Made by a program: the position numbers and the translations under genes
In this document: one piece after another, positions 1 to 7,684 of the stretch
How the letters are laid out: every line of letters begins with the position of its first letter
Numbering within the stretch: the stretch's first letter is position 1
Assembly (NCBI GenBank): GCA_017406465.1
Contig: JAFQYM010000004.1
Coordinates: 10,570 to 74,569 of the forward strand
Length of the DNA: 64,000 bases
Reading direction: 5' to 3'
From: Kiritimatiellia bacterium
GTDB taxonomy: Bacteria; Verrucomicrobiota; Kiritimatiellia; RFP12; UBA1067
The notes under the pieces: model-generated
Told to the model about the DNA's origin: nothing
Seen by the model: the letters and a program-made list of their open reading frames with translations, nothing else
The model's database searches: none

Positions 1-3000
1 TGTCCGACGCCGCGCAGAAGCGGATTCTCCCTGTCGAACTTGACGAGGTAGACTCCGTTGTCCTTGCAGGGCCTGACGGAAAGCCCCAGCCCCTTCGCAA
101 CTTCATCGTTCGCGACGACAAGCACGTTGGCCCCGCGCCGCGCCGCCGCATTGACGTCCGCTGCGGACATCTTCGCGTCCGAACCGACAAGCAGGAGATC
201 GTCCGACTCGGCCTTGGACTTCCCCGCTACGTGCGCGCCGAGGTCGGAGACGATCTTGTTCGCCTCCGCGCCGACGGCGACGACTCCGCGGATCGCAGGA
301 GCGCCCGCCGTGTCGTGCGCTCCGCCCTGGAAGAGGAAGTCCGCGAAGACGGCGTTGAACGTGCGGTCGACCGCCGCGTCGGATGCGCCGCGCCCGAAGA
401 ACTCGAGGGTGCAGAACTTGACTCCGCCATTTCCATACGCATAGTCGAGAAGTGCCGAGTAGTTGAGGTCGAACTCTCCGTCGATCTGCGGACGGTATCC
501 GACGACGGACGGACTCTTCAGCTGCAGCGCGGCGAGGGACATGTTTCCGTTCCAGCGCGGCTCGTGTCTGGCGTGACCGACGAACTGCTGCGGACCGGCC
601 CCCGACCATTCGCGCAGCGCGTCGTCGTCGATCGCCCTCAGCGCCGGCGAGACGTGGTCGCGGAGGTAGAGGATTCGGCTCGAGCGGTCCTGGACCTCGA
701 AGCCGAATGCCTTCCACGCGTCCGCGGACTGCCTGAGCACGAGCACGCGCAGTCCGTCCTTGACCGCGTCCATCGGAAGAGCCTTGAACCCTCCGTCCTT
801 TGCAAGGGTGTTCGCGCCGACGACGAGGAACTTCGCGCCGTTCGCCGCGGAGAGAGAATCCACGGGCGTGAAGTTGGAGAGTCCGCGCGACTTGAGCTCC
901 GCTGCGGTCTTGCCCTCGGGATCATACAGGGCGAAGGCGGGCGACTTCTGCCACGGGACGGACTTCTTCGCGTACACCTCGAAGTCTACGCTGTCCTCTG
1001 AGAGCTTCTCGCCCTTCGCGTCGTAGAATACGGCGGAAATCGTCCCCTTGCCCTTCTTGGCGACCTTAGGCGCCTCGAAGGCGATCGGCGCGAAGGAAGG
1101 CACGTTCGACTCCAGCTTGCGCTTGACGTCTCCGGAGGCGATGGCGCGTCCGTCGAGAGTCGCGGTCCACTTCGCGGAGAACGAGCGCGAGTCGAATCCG
1201 TCCCAGAGCAGGACGCACTGCTTCTCCACCTTTTCGCCGGAGTAGTACGCATGGCGGCGGTTGACGAAGTCGGGGGATCCGCCGATCCATCCGAGGAAGT
1301 CGAGGTTCGTCTTCCTGTATATGTCCCAGGAAGGGAACGCCCACTCGGGACGTCCCTTCGGGACATCCTCCTCCTTCTTGAAGAAGTTGTACGAGACATT
1401 GTACTTGTTGTAGATCCCGTCGAGCGTCCAGCCCGGCATGCCGAAGCCGTAGTCGAGGTTGAACCAGACGATTCCTGCGTTGATGCCGTATGTCCGCCAT
1501 GCGCGCGTGAGACGAGTGACGAAGTCGTCGGTGAACCGCCACAGGAGCGGATGCTGCAGCCGGCGAATGTAAAGCGACTCGACGTGGCGGTCTGATATCT
1601 TCGCCGGCTCCGTGCGGCACGCCTCCTCGCCGTAGTACGCGGCGAGATGCTCTGTAACGAGATCGCGCCCGTCCTGATACCAGCTGTACTGATAGGGATG
1701 TCCAAACTCGCATGCCTGGAACGGAAACTTCCCCGTCTCGCCGGCCCATGCGCTGGGCCACTCCACGCGCTCCTGCAGGGGGATCCAGTTGAAGTAGAGG
1801 TTGGCGGAGGCGATCTCGCCCGTGGAGCCGTCAGAGTGGGAAAAGTAGAGCACATTCGGATTCGTCTTCTTCGCGGACGCGACGAGGTCCGTCATCATCT
1901 TCGCGAAGTCGCTGTTGTCTCCGCAGCCGAGATATTTCGCCTCGTACGACCATTGCGGGAGGTAGCAGTTCACTCCCATGTAGACCATCGCGACGCACGG
2001 CCAGTTGCGGTAGCGCCGGAGGTTCTTCGCCTGGATGCGCTTGAACTCCTCGCGCTTCTCGCCCGGCTTCAGGAGCGGGACTTTCGTGTTCCAGTCGAAC
2101 GCGCACGTCGGCACTATCGCCGAGATGCCGTTCTCGGACAGGTATTCAAGCATTCCCTCGTCAATCTGCGGATCGAGTTCCGTCCGGTGCGCGAACTGGA
2201 TGCAGTTGTATCCGACGCCCTGCAGGAACTTGGCGCCGTACTTGTTGCATCCGAAATTGTAGGTGACGCGGAACTTCTGCTCGTGTCCGTTCATGAATAT
2301 CTTCTTCTTCTCGCGCCATATCTCGCGGAAGCCGAACCTGACGTCCCTGTACTTGTAGGGCTTTTTGTCAATCTTGACCGTCGTGCGCAGCGTGTACATG
2401 TAGCCGCGTCCGAGCTCCCACGTTATCGGGTCGGCCCAGGCGACGGACGGCTTCAGCACGTTCTCCCCCTTCTCGAGGTCGAACTTGCCGGAGACCTTCT
2501 TGACCACCTTTCCATCGGCGTCGACGACTTCCGCGAGCACCTCGGCCTTGCCCTTCTTCGAAGTGGTGACGGTCGTCTCCACCGTCAGCTTCTTCTCGCG
2601 CCACGACGTGTCGGCGAAGACGTCGTCAACCGAGACCGGCGGCTTGACGATGAACATCGGCGGATCCTTCTCCAGCCTGAACCTGCCATTGCCCTTGAGC
2701 AGCATGTGGAACTCGTTCTCTAGTCCGTACTTGACCGCGTCTGTTATATCGAGCGACCCCGACGGGGACTTTATCACGCCGATCTTCTTCCTGTTGACGA
2801 AGAAGGTGACGTCGCATCCCTTGATTCCGTTCTGTTCCACCACGAGGCGGCTTCCGTCGTCATGCCATTCGCGCGGAACGAGGCGCTTCACCCTCATCCA
2901 CACCGCCTTGGGGGAGTCCCAGTGGTTGCCGTAGCCCTTCATGGGCCTGTCCCACGACGGACCGAGCGACTCCTTCTGGAACATCGTCACGGCCCACCAC

Positions 3001-3170
3001 TGCCCGTTCCAGAAATGCCACTTTCCCCACATCTCGTCCGGGGAGTCCGGAATCGTCTCCGACTGGTTGTCCACCGGAATCGCATCCCAGTGCTTCTCTA
3101 TCTTCTCCCTGATCGGCTCGGCGAAAGCCGAGAGGGAGGCAAGTGCCAGCAGCGCGGCAAGTCGTTGCAC
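1..3170 (-). CDS. Secreted glycoside-hydrolase-like protein, 3'-partial (runs off the window). It has a galactose-binding-like jelly-roll, beta-sandwich and TIM-like regions, and a C-terminal ThuA/DJ-1-like region.
   Basis: Absent from the supplied ORF track because there is no stop in the window. My own minus-strand translation from GTG at 3168-3170 (GGAGGA 5 nt upstream) stays open to position 1. It reads VQRLAALLALASLSAFA (signal-like), then WGKWHFWNGQWWAVTMF, CDVTFFVNRKKIG and GYNCIQFAHRTE. Third codon positions are GC-rich like the neighbouring genes. The start lies 10 nt after the stop of the upstream esterase gene. Confidence 0.75.
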   Translation of the reverse strand, partial: MQRLAALLALASLSAFAEPIREKIEKHWDAIPVDNQSETIPDSPDEMWGKWHFWNGQWWAVTMFQKESLGPSWDRPMKGYGNHWDSPKAVWMRVKRLVPREWHDDGSRLVVEQNGIKGCDVTFFVNRKKIGVIKSPSGSLDITDAVKYGLENEFHMLLKGNGRFRLEKDPPMFIVKPPVSVDDVFADTSWREKKLTVETTVTTSKKGKAEVLAEVVDADGKVVKKVSGKFDLEKGENVLKPSVAWADPITWELGRGYMYTLRTTVKIDKKPYKYRDVRFGFREIWREKKKIFMNGHEQKFRVTYNFGCNKYGAKFLQGVGYNCIQFAHRTELDPQIDEGMLEYLSENGISAIVPTCAFDWNTKVPLLKPGEKREEFKRIQAKNLRRYRNWPCVAMVYMGVNCYLPQWSYEAKYLGCGDNSDFAKMMTDLVASAKKTNPNVLYFSHSDGSTGEIASANLYFNWIPLQERVEWPSAWAGETGKFPFQACEFGHPYQYSWYQDGRDLVTEHLAAYYGEEACRTEPAKISDRHVESLYIRRLQHPLLWRFTDDFVTRLTRAWRTYGINAGIVWFNLDYGFGMPGWTLDGIYNKYNVSYNFFKKEEDVPKGRPEWAFPSWDIYRKTNLDFLGWIGGSPDFVNRRHAYYSGEKVEKQCVLLWDGFDSRSFSAKWTATLDGRAIASGDVKRKLESNVPSFAPIAFEAPKVAKKGKGTISAVFYDAKGEKLSEDSVDFEVYAKKSVPWQKSPAFALYDPEGKTAAELKSRGLSNFTPVDSLSAANGAKFLVVGANTLAKDGGFKALPMDAVKDGLRVLVLRQSADAWKAFGFEVQDRSSRILYLRDHVSPALRAIDDDALREWSGAGPQQFVGHARHEPRWNGNMSLAALQLKSPSVVGYRPQIDGEFDLNYSALLDYAYGNGGVKFCTLEFFGRGASDAAVDRTFNAVFADFLFQGGAHDTAGAPAIRGVVAVGAEANKIVSDLGAHVAGKSKAESDDLLLVGSDAKMSAADVNAAARRGANVLVVANDEVAKGLGLSVRPCKDNGVYLVKFDRENPLLRGVG

Positions 3171-3180
3171 GTCTATCCTC

Positions 3181-4512
3181 CTACATCCACTTGACGGCGA
3201 GCTTCTGCCGGGCGGAGGTCATCTTGAGACCTGGAATCGTCACATGGCCGGTCTCGTCGGCAGTGACGGTTCCCTTCTTGCCCGCAAATGACCACTTGGC
3301 CTTGCGTCCGGCCTTGGCGGGGACGCCCTGCACGCGGCGGAGGGTGACATCTGCCGTGGACTCGTCCACTCCGTCCGTCCAGAGGTTCATGACGATACCC
3401 TTCTTCTCGTCCCTCACGTTCTCCCAGCGGAAATACGCGTTGACCTGTCCTGCCGGCTTCGCGCCTGCGGCAATCTCCTTCGGAGAGTCGCCTCGTATGT
3501 CGCCGGCCCATCCGCCCCACGTGTTGACGTTCGGCTTGAAGTTCCTGAACGGCCAGGGCAGCGCGTCGTCCGTCGACGCATTGGTGAACACGGGATAAGC
3601 CGCGTTGCGCCTTATGGAAAGCCAGTCGAAGCGGCCGACCTCGGGATTCTTCGCCTTCGCCTGCGAGACGCTGCCGCAGTGTCCGTAGTCGCCCCAGAGT
3701 CCGAGGAGGAAGTACTTGTGCGCAGCCATGTTGCGGTACAGTATCTCGTGGTCGCGGCTCCAGACGTCGTCGGATCCCGACCAGTCGACGCAGACCGGCG
3801 GATCGGGAAACTTCGACGCGTCAAACGCCGTATCGTCGCTGCCGTCGTCCTTCACGAATCCCATTCGCGCTACGGGGAACCAGATCGTGGCGGGGACGTT
3901 CGCGTTGACCGCGGCAAATATGTCGCCGTGCGGAAGCCCTATCGCAAGCGCGCCCTGTCCGCCCATGGAGTTTCCGCACAGATACACGCGGTCGCGGTCT
4001 ATGGCGTACTTCTCGATCACCCACTCAACCGTCGCGAGCACTCGCTTTTCGCACGACGTGAGTCCCTTGCGGATCCTAGGAACGTCCCCCTTGGCCGGTC
4101 CCGAGAACTTGTGCGAGCCTCCCCACCAGAACTCGTCGTGCGTCTTGTTCGCCGCAACGTCGAAATCCCTCGTTGAGTCGAGCGCCAGCACGTAGAAGTC
4201 GCCGGGGCACGCATACACGCTGTCTGTGTCCGTGCATGTCTTGTAGAGGGAGAGGATTCCGCCATTGGGCTTGCCGCCTCCGCGTCCGTGCAGCTGCACG
4301 AGAAGCGGTGCGCCGTTCCTGTCGCCCGACACCGGACGCGCAACCGTGAACTTGTCCGTGAACTGGCGCGACGCGCCCCAGGCGGGATCCGTGCCATGCT
4401 CGTACCAGACCACGGTCCTCTCCCCTACCTGCTCGGTCTTCGTCTCATGTGGAGCGAACCCGGAAGTCGCGGCGATTACTGCGCAGGCCCCGATCAGCGA
4501 TGCAATATCCAT
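3181..4512 (-). CDS. Secreted alpha/beta-hydrolase (esterase/depolymerase-like)
   Basis: 443-aa ORF with an N-terminal signal-like MDIASLIGACAVIAATSG. It carries an HGRGGG oxyanion-type motif and a GNSMGG nucleophile elbow (G-x-S-x-G). AAGGAAAGGA RBS lies upstream. Confidence 0.8.
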   Translation of the reverse strand: MDIASLIGACAVIAATSGFAPHETKTEQVGERTVVWYEHGTDPAWGASRQFTDKFTVARPVSGDRNGAPLLVQLHGRGGGKPNGGILSLYKTCTDTDSVYACPGDFYVLALDSTRDFDVAANKTHDEFWWGGSHKFSGPAKGDVPRIRKGLTSCEKRVLATVEWVIEKYAIDRDRVYLCGNSMGGQGALAIGLPHGDIFAAVNANVPATIWFPVARMGFVKDDGSDDTAFDASKFPDPPVCVDWSGSDDVWSRDHEILYRNMAAHKYFLLGLWGDYGHCGSVSQAKAKNPEVGRFDWLSIRRNAAYPVFTNASTDDALPWPFRNFKPNVNTWGGWAGDIRGDSPKEIAAGAKPAGQVNAYFRWENVRDEKKGIVMNLWTDGVDESTADVTLRRVQGVPAKAGRKAKWSFAGKKGTVTADETGHVTIPGLKMTSARQKLAVKWM

Positions 4513-4536
4513 GGCATAGTCCTTTCCTTGATGAAA

Positions 4537-4608
4537 TCAGCGGACGGGTTCTGCGGATGCAGCGCCATGCATCAGCAATGCGGCAGCGATGACAAGATGA
4601 GTTTTCAT
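4537..4608 (-). CDS. Tiny 23-aa upstream ORF (MKTHLVIAAALLMHGAASAEPVR), apparently leaderless
   Basis: Its ATG at 4606-4608 lies 6 nt downstream of TGGTAGAAT (4615-4623). The peptide is hydrophobic and signal-like. It stops 24 nt before the esterase start. It is too short to appear in the ORF track. Confidence 0.3.
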   Translation of the reverse strand: MKTHLVIAAALLMHGAASAEPVR

Positions 4609-4614
4609 GCCTAG

Positions 4615-4623
4615 ATTCTACCA
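4615..4623 (-). promoter_or_regulatory. Extended -10 promoter element TGGTAGAAT
   Basis: Matches the TGnTATAAT-type consensus that recurs in intergenic regions of this window. It lies directly after a terminator-like palindrome. Confidence 0.5.
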
Positions 4624-4643
4624 AATCCCACCCCCGAATCAAA

Positions 4644-4661
4644 CCCCCTCCGCGGAGGGGG
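4644..4661 (-). terminator. GC-rich palindrome CCCCCTCCGCGGAGGGGG followed on the minus strand by TTTGATT
   Basis: Perfect 18-nt palindrome read directly from the sequence. It lies downstream of the acyl-CoA synthetase unit and immediately upstream of the 4615-4623 promoter. Confidence 0.45.
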
Positions 4662-4691
4662 TCGGGCCTCCTTGCGACCGGTGTCGGGAAA

Positions 4692-4700
4692 TGCTATACT
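4692..4700 (+). promoter_or_regulatory. Orphan plus-strand extended -10-like element TGCTATACT, with TTGCGA 17 nt upstream
   Basis: Same 9-mer consensus as the minus-strand promoters, but there is no plus-strand gene downstream. It may be a coincidence, or it may drive a small or antisense RNA. Confidence 0.3.
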
Positions 4701-4967
4701 AGCGATGTGACCTCGGCATTGAAGACATTCGCCGCCACCTGCAGATTCCAGATTCGCACGCGATCGTGGTCCGGAGAAAGTCCGCGGCGGACACATTCGA
4801 CGCTCCGGACGTGACGACTCTCGACGGAGTTCCGCCCCTCGAACTCCAGCATCTGGACAGACACGGATTCTCCGGCGTCGACCCCGCCTCCGCGCCGGGC
4901 GTCCTGCAGGGCCACTTCGGACTTCAGGGCATACGGGAGCGCATAGACGCCATAGGTCCGACGCGGT

Positions 4968-6698
4968 TCAGGCGTCGGGCCAGAGCTCGTGCGCCATCTC
5001 GCGGAGCTTGTACTTCTGTATCTTCTGCGACGCCGTCATCGGGAAGACGTCGAGGAAGTGGACGTACTTCGGGATCTTGAACCACGAGATCTTGTCCTTG
5101 CAGAAGGCCTGCACGTCCTCGGGCTTGAGCTCCACGCCGTCCGCCGGGATCACGAACGCCGCAGGCTGCTCGCCGTACTTCTTAGAGGGACAGCCGACTA
5201 CCGCGACGTCCTTCACGCCGGGCATGGTGCCGAGGAAGTCCTCGACTTCCTTCGGGGATATGTTCTCGCCGCCGCGGATGATGAGGTCCTTCAGTCGTCC
5301 GGTGATGTAGTAGTATCCGTCCGCGTCCATCCTGCCGATGTCGCCGGAGTGTAGCCAGCCGCGCTCGTCGATGCACTTCGCCGTCTGCTCGGGCATCTTG
5401 TAGTAGCCCTTCATCGTGTTGAAGCCGCGGCAGCAGATCTCGCCGTCCTGCCCGATCGGCGCGAGCTCCTGCGTCTCGGGGTCGATGATCGCGACCTCCA
5501 CGCCCGGCAGCGCCTGCCCGATGGTCTGGCACTTGCGCTCGATGGACGGCTCGAAGTACCTGGTCATCGTCATCACGGGGCCGGACTCGGTGAGCCCGTA
5601 CGGGTTCGTGATCTCCTTCATGAACATCCTGTCCTGCGCCTGCTGCATGCGGTGCACAGGGCACGCCGAGCCGGACATGATGCCGGTCCTGAGCGACGTA
5701 AAGTTGAACTCCTTGAAGCGCGGGTGGTCGAGCATCGCGATGTACATCGTCGGGACGCCGTAGGTCGCGGTGCACTTCTCGCGCTCGATCGACTTCATGA
5801 CGAGGAGCGGGTCGAACTTCTCGAGGAAAACCATCGTCGAGCCGTGGTTGACGCAGCTCATCACGCCGAGGACGCAGCCGAAGCAGTGGAAGAGCGGGAC
5901 CGGTATGCAAACGCGGTCGCGCGAGGAGAGGTTCTGGCACGCGCCGATCCAGAAGCCGTCGTTCGCGATGTTGCGGTGGGTGAGCTGCACGCCCTTCGGG
6001 AAGCCCGTCGTGCCGCTCGTGTACTGCATGTTCACGACGTCGTTTACGTCGACCGTGGCCTGGCGCTCGATATATTCCTCCTGCGTCACCTCGCAAGCGA
6101 GCGACTTCACCTCGTTGAGCGAGTACATGCCGCGGTGCTTCTTCGGCCCCAAGTAGAACATCCGCTTGAGGTGCGGGTACTTGGCGCTCTTGAGCGCGCC
6201 GCGCGGGCACTCCTTGAGCTCTGGAATAAGCGAGTTGATGACCTCGATGTAGTCGCAGTCGCGGTATCCGTCGATGACGAACAGGTTCTCCGCGTCCGAC
6301 TGCTTGAGCGCAAAGTCGATCTCGGCGGACTTGTAGTTGATGTTGAGCGGCAGGAGTATCGCGCCGATTTTCGCCGTCGCGAACATGAGGACGACCCAGT
6401 GGGGGACGTTCGTCGCCCAGAGCGCGACCTTTTCTCCGCGCTTGACGCCGAGCGCCATAAGTCCCTTGGCAACGTAGTCGACTTCCTCGGAGAACTCGAA
6501 CCACGTGAGGCGGTAGTCGCGGTCTGCATAGACTACCGCGTCGTTCTCGCCGCAGCGCGCGACCGTCTGATCAAGAAGCTGACCGAGGGTGTATTCGCGC
6601 GTGATCGGCAGGTTGTGCCACGGAACGCCCGTCGAGACGGACTGCGTGAACGGCGCCTTGCGGGGCGCTGTTCCAAAAGGATCTGTCAGTTTAAACAT
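4968..6698 (-). CDS. AMP-dependent acyl-CoA synthetase / fatty-acid--CoA ligase
   Basis: 576 aa with the AMP-binding signature YTSGTTGFPKGVQLTHRN and the motif GDIGRMDADGYYYITGRLKDLI. AAGGTG RBS. Confidence 0.9.
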   Translation of the reverse strand: MFKLTDPFGTAPRKAPFTQSVSTGVPWHNLPITREYTLGQLLDQTVARCGENDAVVYADRDYRLTWFEFSEEVDYVAKGLMALGVKRGEKVALWATNVPHWVVLMFATAKIGAILLPLNINYKSAEIDFALKQSDAENLFVIDGYRDCDYIEVINSLIPELKECPRGALKSAKYPHLKRMFYLGPKKHRGMYSLNEVKSLACEVTQEEYIERQATVDVNDVVNMQYTSGTTGFPKGVQLTHRNIANDGFWIGACQNLSSRDRVCIPVPLFHCFGCVLGVMSCVNHGSTMVFLEKFDPLLVMKSIEREKCTATYGVPTMYIAMLDHPRFKEFNFTSLRTGIMSGSACPVHRMQQAQDRMFMKEITNPYGLTESGPVMTMTRYFEPSIERKCQTIGQALPGVEVAIIDPETQELAPIGQDGEICCRGFNTMKGYYKMPEQTAKCIDERGWLHSGDIGRMDADGYYYITGRLKDLIIRGGENISPKEVEDFLGTMPGVKDVAVVGCPSKKYGEQPAAFVIPADGVELKPEDVQAFCKDKISWFKIPKYVHFLDVFPMTASQKIQKYKLREMAHELWPDA

Positions 6699-6707
6699 AC
6701 GACACCT

Positions 6708-6770
6708 TGAACTTTAAACTTCAAACTTCAAACATCAAACTTCAAACTTTAAACTTTGAACTTTGAACTT
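6708..6770. repeat. Tandem heptanucleotide repeat, 9 units (consensus YRAACTT)
   Basis: Read directly: tgaactt taaactt caaactt caaacat caaactt caaactt taaactt tgaactt tgaactt. It fills the gap between the XRE-cupin stop (6775) and the acyl-CoA synthetase start (6698). Confidence 0.95.
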
Positions 6771-6774
6771 CCTC

Positions 6775-7341
6775 TCACACCGGGATGAACACGATGCCGT
6801 AGATCGACGCGGGCTTGCCGCCAATCGCCCTCAGCCCGTGGTTGACGCACGAGTTGTAGTAGGCCGTGTCGCCCGCCTTCAGGACCGTCTTGTCGGGGCC
6901 GTAGGTGAGCTCGACTTCGCCGGAGATGCAGATGATGAGCTCCTCGCCCTCGTGGTGCTGAACAGCGTCAACTCCGTCTGCGGCAAATTCGATGCGGAAC
7001 GGATCCATGTGCCTGTCAGGCTTGCCGAGCGCGAGCGAGTGGCTAGCATAGCCGAGGACGTTCATTCCTTCGCCCGCGACCTTGTTCGACTCTATGTCGT
7101 CGGCGCGGGTGATGATCGGGTCTGGCTTGAACTGGTCGTCCATGAACGTGCCGATCCTGAGGCCGAGGGCACGGGAGAGCTTTACGAGGACGCCGAGCGC
7201 GGGCATTACCTCGCCCTTCTCGATCGCATTGATGACCTTTTCCTCTACGCCGGACTTCTGGGAGAGGTCCCAGATGCTCCAGCCGTGGTTCTCGCGGTAC
7301 ATCTGTATCCGCTTGCCTGCCTTGTTTTCCTTGCTGCTCAT
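6775..7341 (-). CDS. XRE-family HTH plus cupin-domain transcriptional regulator
   Basis: The HTH region is RIQMYRENHGWSIWDLSQKSGVEEKVINAIEKGE. The C-terminal cupin region is HHEGEELIICISGEVELTYG...GDTAYYNSCVNH. I prefer the ATG at 7339-7341 (MSSKENK, 188 aa) over the TTG at 7452 used by the ORF track. Confidence 0.85.
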   Translation of the reverse strand: MSSKENKAGKRIQMYRENHGWSIWDLSQKSGVEEKVINAIEKGEVMPALGVLVKLSRALGLRIGTFMDDQFKPDPIITRADDIESNKVAGEGMNVLGYASHSLALGKPDRHMDPFRIEFAADGVDAVQHHEGEELIICISGEVELTYGPDKTVLKAGDTAYYNSCVNHGLRAIGGKPASIYGIVFIPV

Positions 7342-7383
7342 GTTGCCTTTCGTTTTCCCGGTCCAGAATGTTCTGTCATTGAC

Positions 7384-7420
7384 GAAAAAGCGGACCGCCC
7401 TTTTCCGCGATCCGCTTTTC
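7384..7420 (-). terminator. Terminator- or attenuator-like hairpin in the leader of the XRE-cupin gene
   Basis: The stem AAGCGGA/TCCGCTT (7388-7394 and 7411-7417) is flanked by an A-run and a T-run. On the minus strand it is followed by TTTTC. It lies between the 7533-7541 promoter and the 7341 start. Confidence 0.45.
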
Positions 7421-7448
7421 TCGTGCTTCTTGAGTTGGCCCCTTTCGA

Positions 7449-7523
7449 TCAAACACCGGCCGCCTCAGCGGATCTGCACCCGTTAAGGAGAAGGCTAAGT
7501 CGAAGAAGGACAAACTTGTTCAT
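7449..7523 (-). CDS. Tiny 24-aa upstream ORF (MNKFVLLRLSLLLNGCRSAEAAGV)
   Basis: Its ATG at 7521-7523 lies 9 nt downstream of TGGTATAAT. The peptide is hydrophobic. Its TGA overlaps the TTG at 7450-7452. Confidence 0.25.
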   Translation of the reverse strand: MNKFVLLRLSLLLNGCRSAEAAGV

Positions 7524-7532
7524 TGGCGCGGT

Positions 7533-7541
7533 ATTATACCA
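7533..7541 (-). promoter_or_regulatory. Extended -10 promoter element TGGTATAAT
   Basis: Perfect TGnTATAAT in the intergenic region upstream of the XRE-cupin gene, preceded by an AT-rich run. Confidence 0.55.
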
Positions 7542-7583
7542 AAAATTTTCCGCCATGTGCGCTTGGATATGAAAAAATCTTTT

Positions 7584-7606
7584 GGGGTCAGGAGTCAGGG
7601 GTCAGG
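7584..7606. repeat. Heptanucleotide repeat, about 3 units (GGGGTCA GGAGTCA GGGGTCA GG)
   Basis: Read directly. It is the reverse complement of the CTGACCC family seen at 29316-29371. Confidence 0.85.
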
Positions 7607-7647
7607 CGGTGGAGCGAAGGTCCGAGCGAGGGGATTCGGCGTATTCG

Positions 7648-7676
7648 CCGAGGGCTCCCCGAGGAGGAGCCTTCGG
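7648..7676 (-). terminator. Hairpin just after the malic-enzyme stop codon
   Basis: CCGAGGGCTCC / GGAGCCTTCGG form an 11-bp stem with one mismatch and a 7-nt loop. There is no clear U-tract. Confidence 0.35.
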
Positions 7677-7684
7677 CCACCGCC

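Noticed and set aside
4780-4880. RNase P RNA-like strings GGAGAAAGTCCGCGG and GACAGACACGGATTC.
   Set aside because: - The conserved GAGGAAAGUCCGG is not matched exactly.
- The putative P4 pairing fails, with a G-A mismatch where G-C is required.
- The free region (about 260-350 nt, partly with coding-like bias) lacks the other universal motifs.
6708-6770. Considered whether the short tandem repeat blocks (also at 29316-29371 and 43641-43735) could be CRISPR arrays.
   Set aside because: - The units are 7 nt and contiguous, with no spacers.
- The arrays are shorter than 100 nt.
- There are no cas genes.
- They are simple tandem (STRR-like) repeats.
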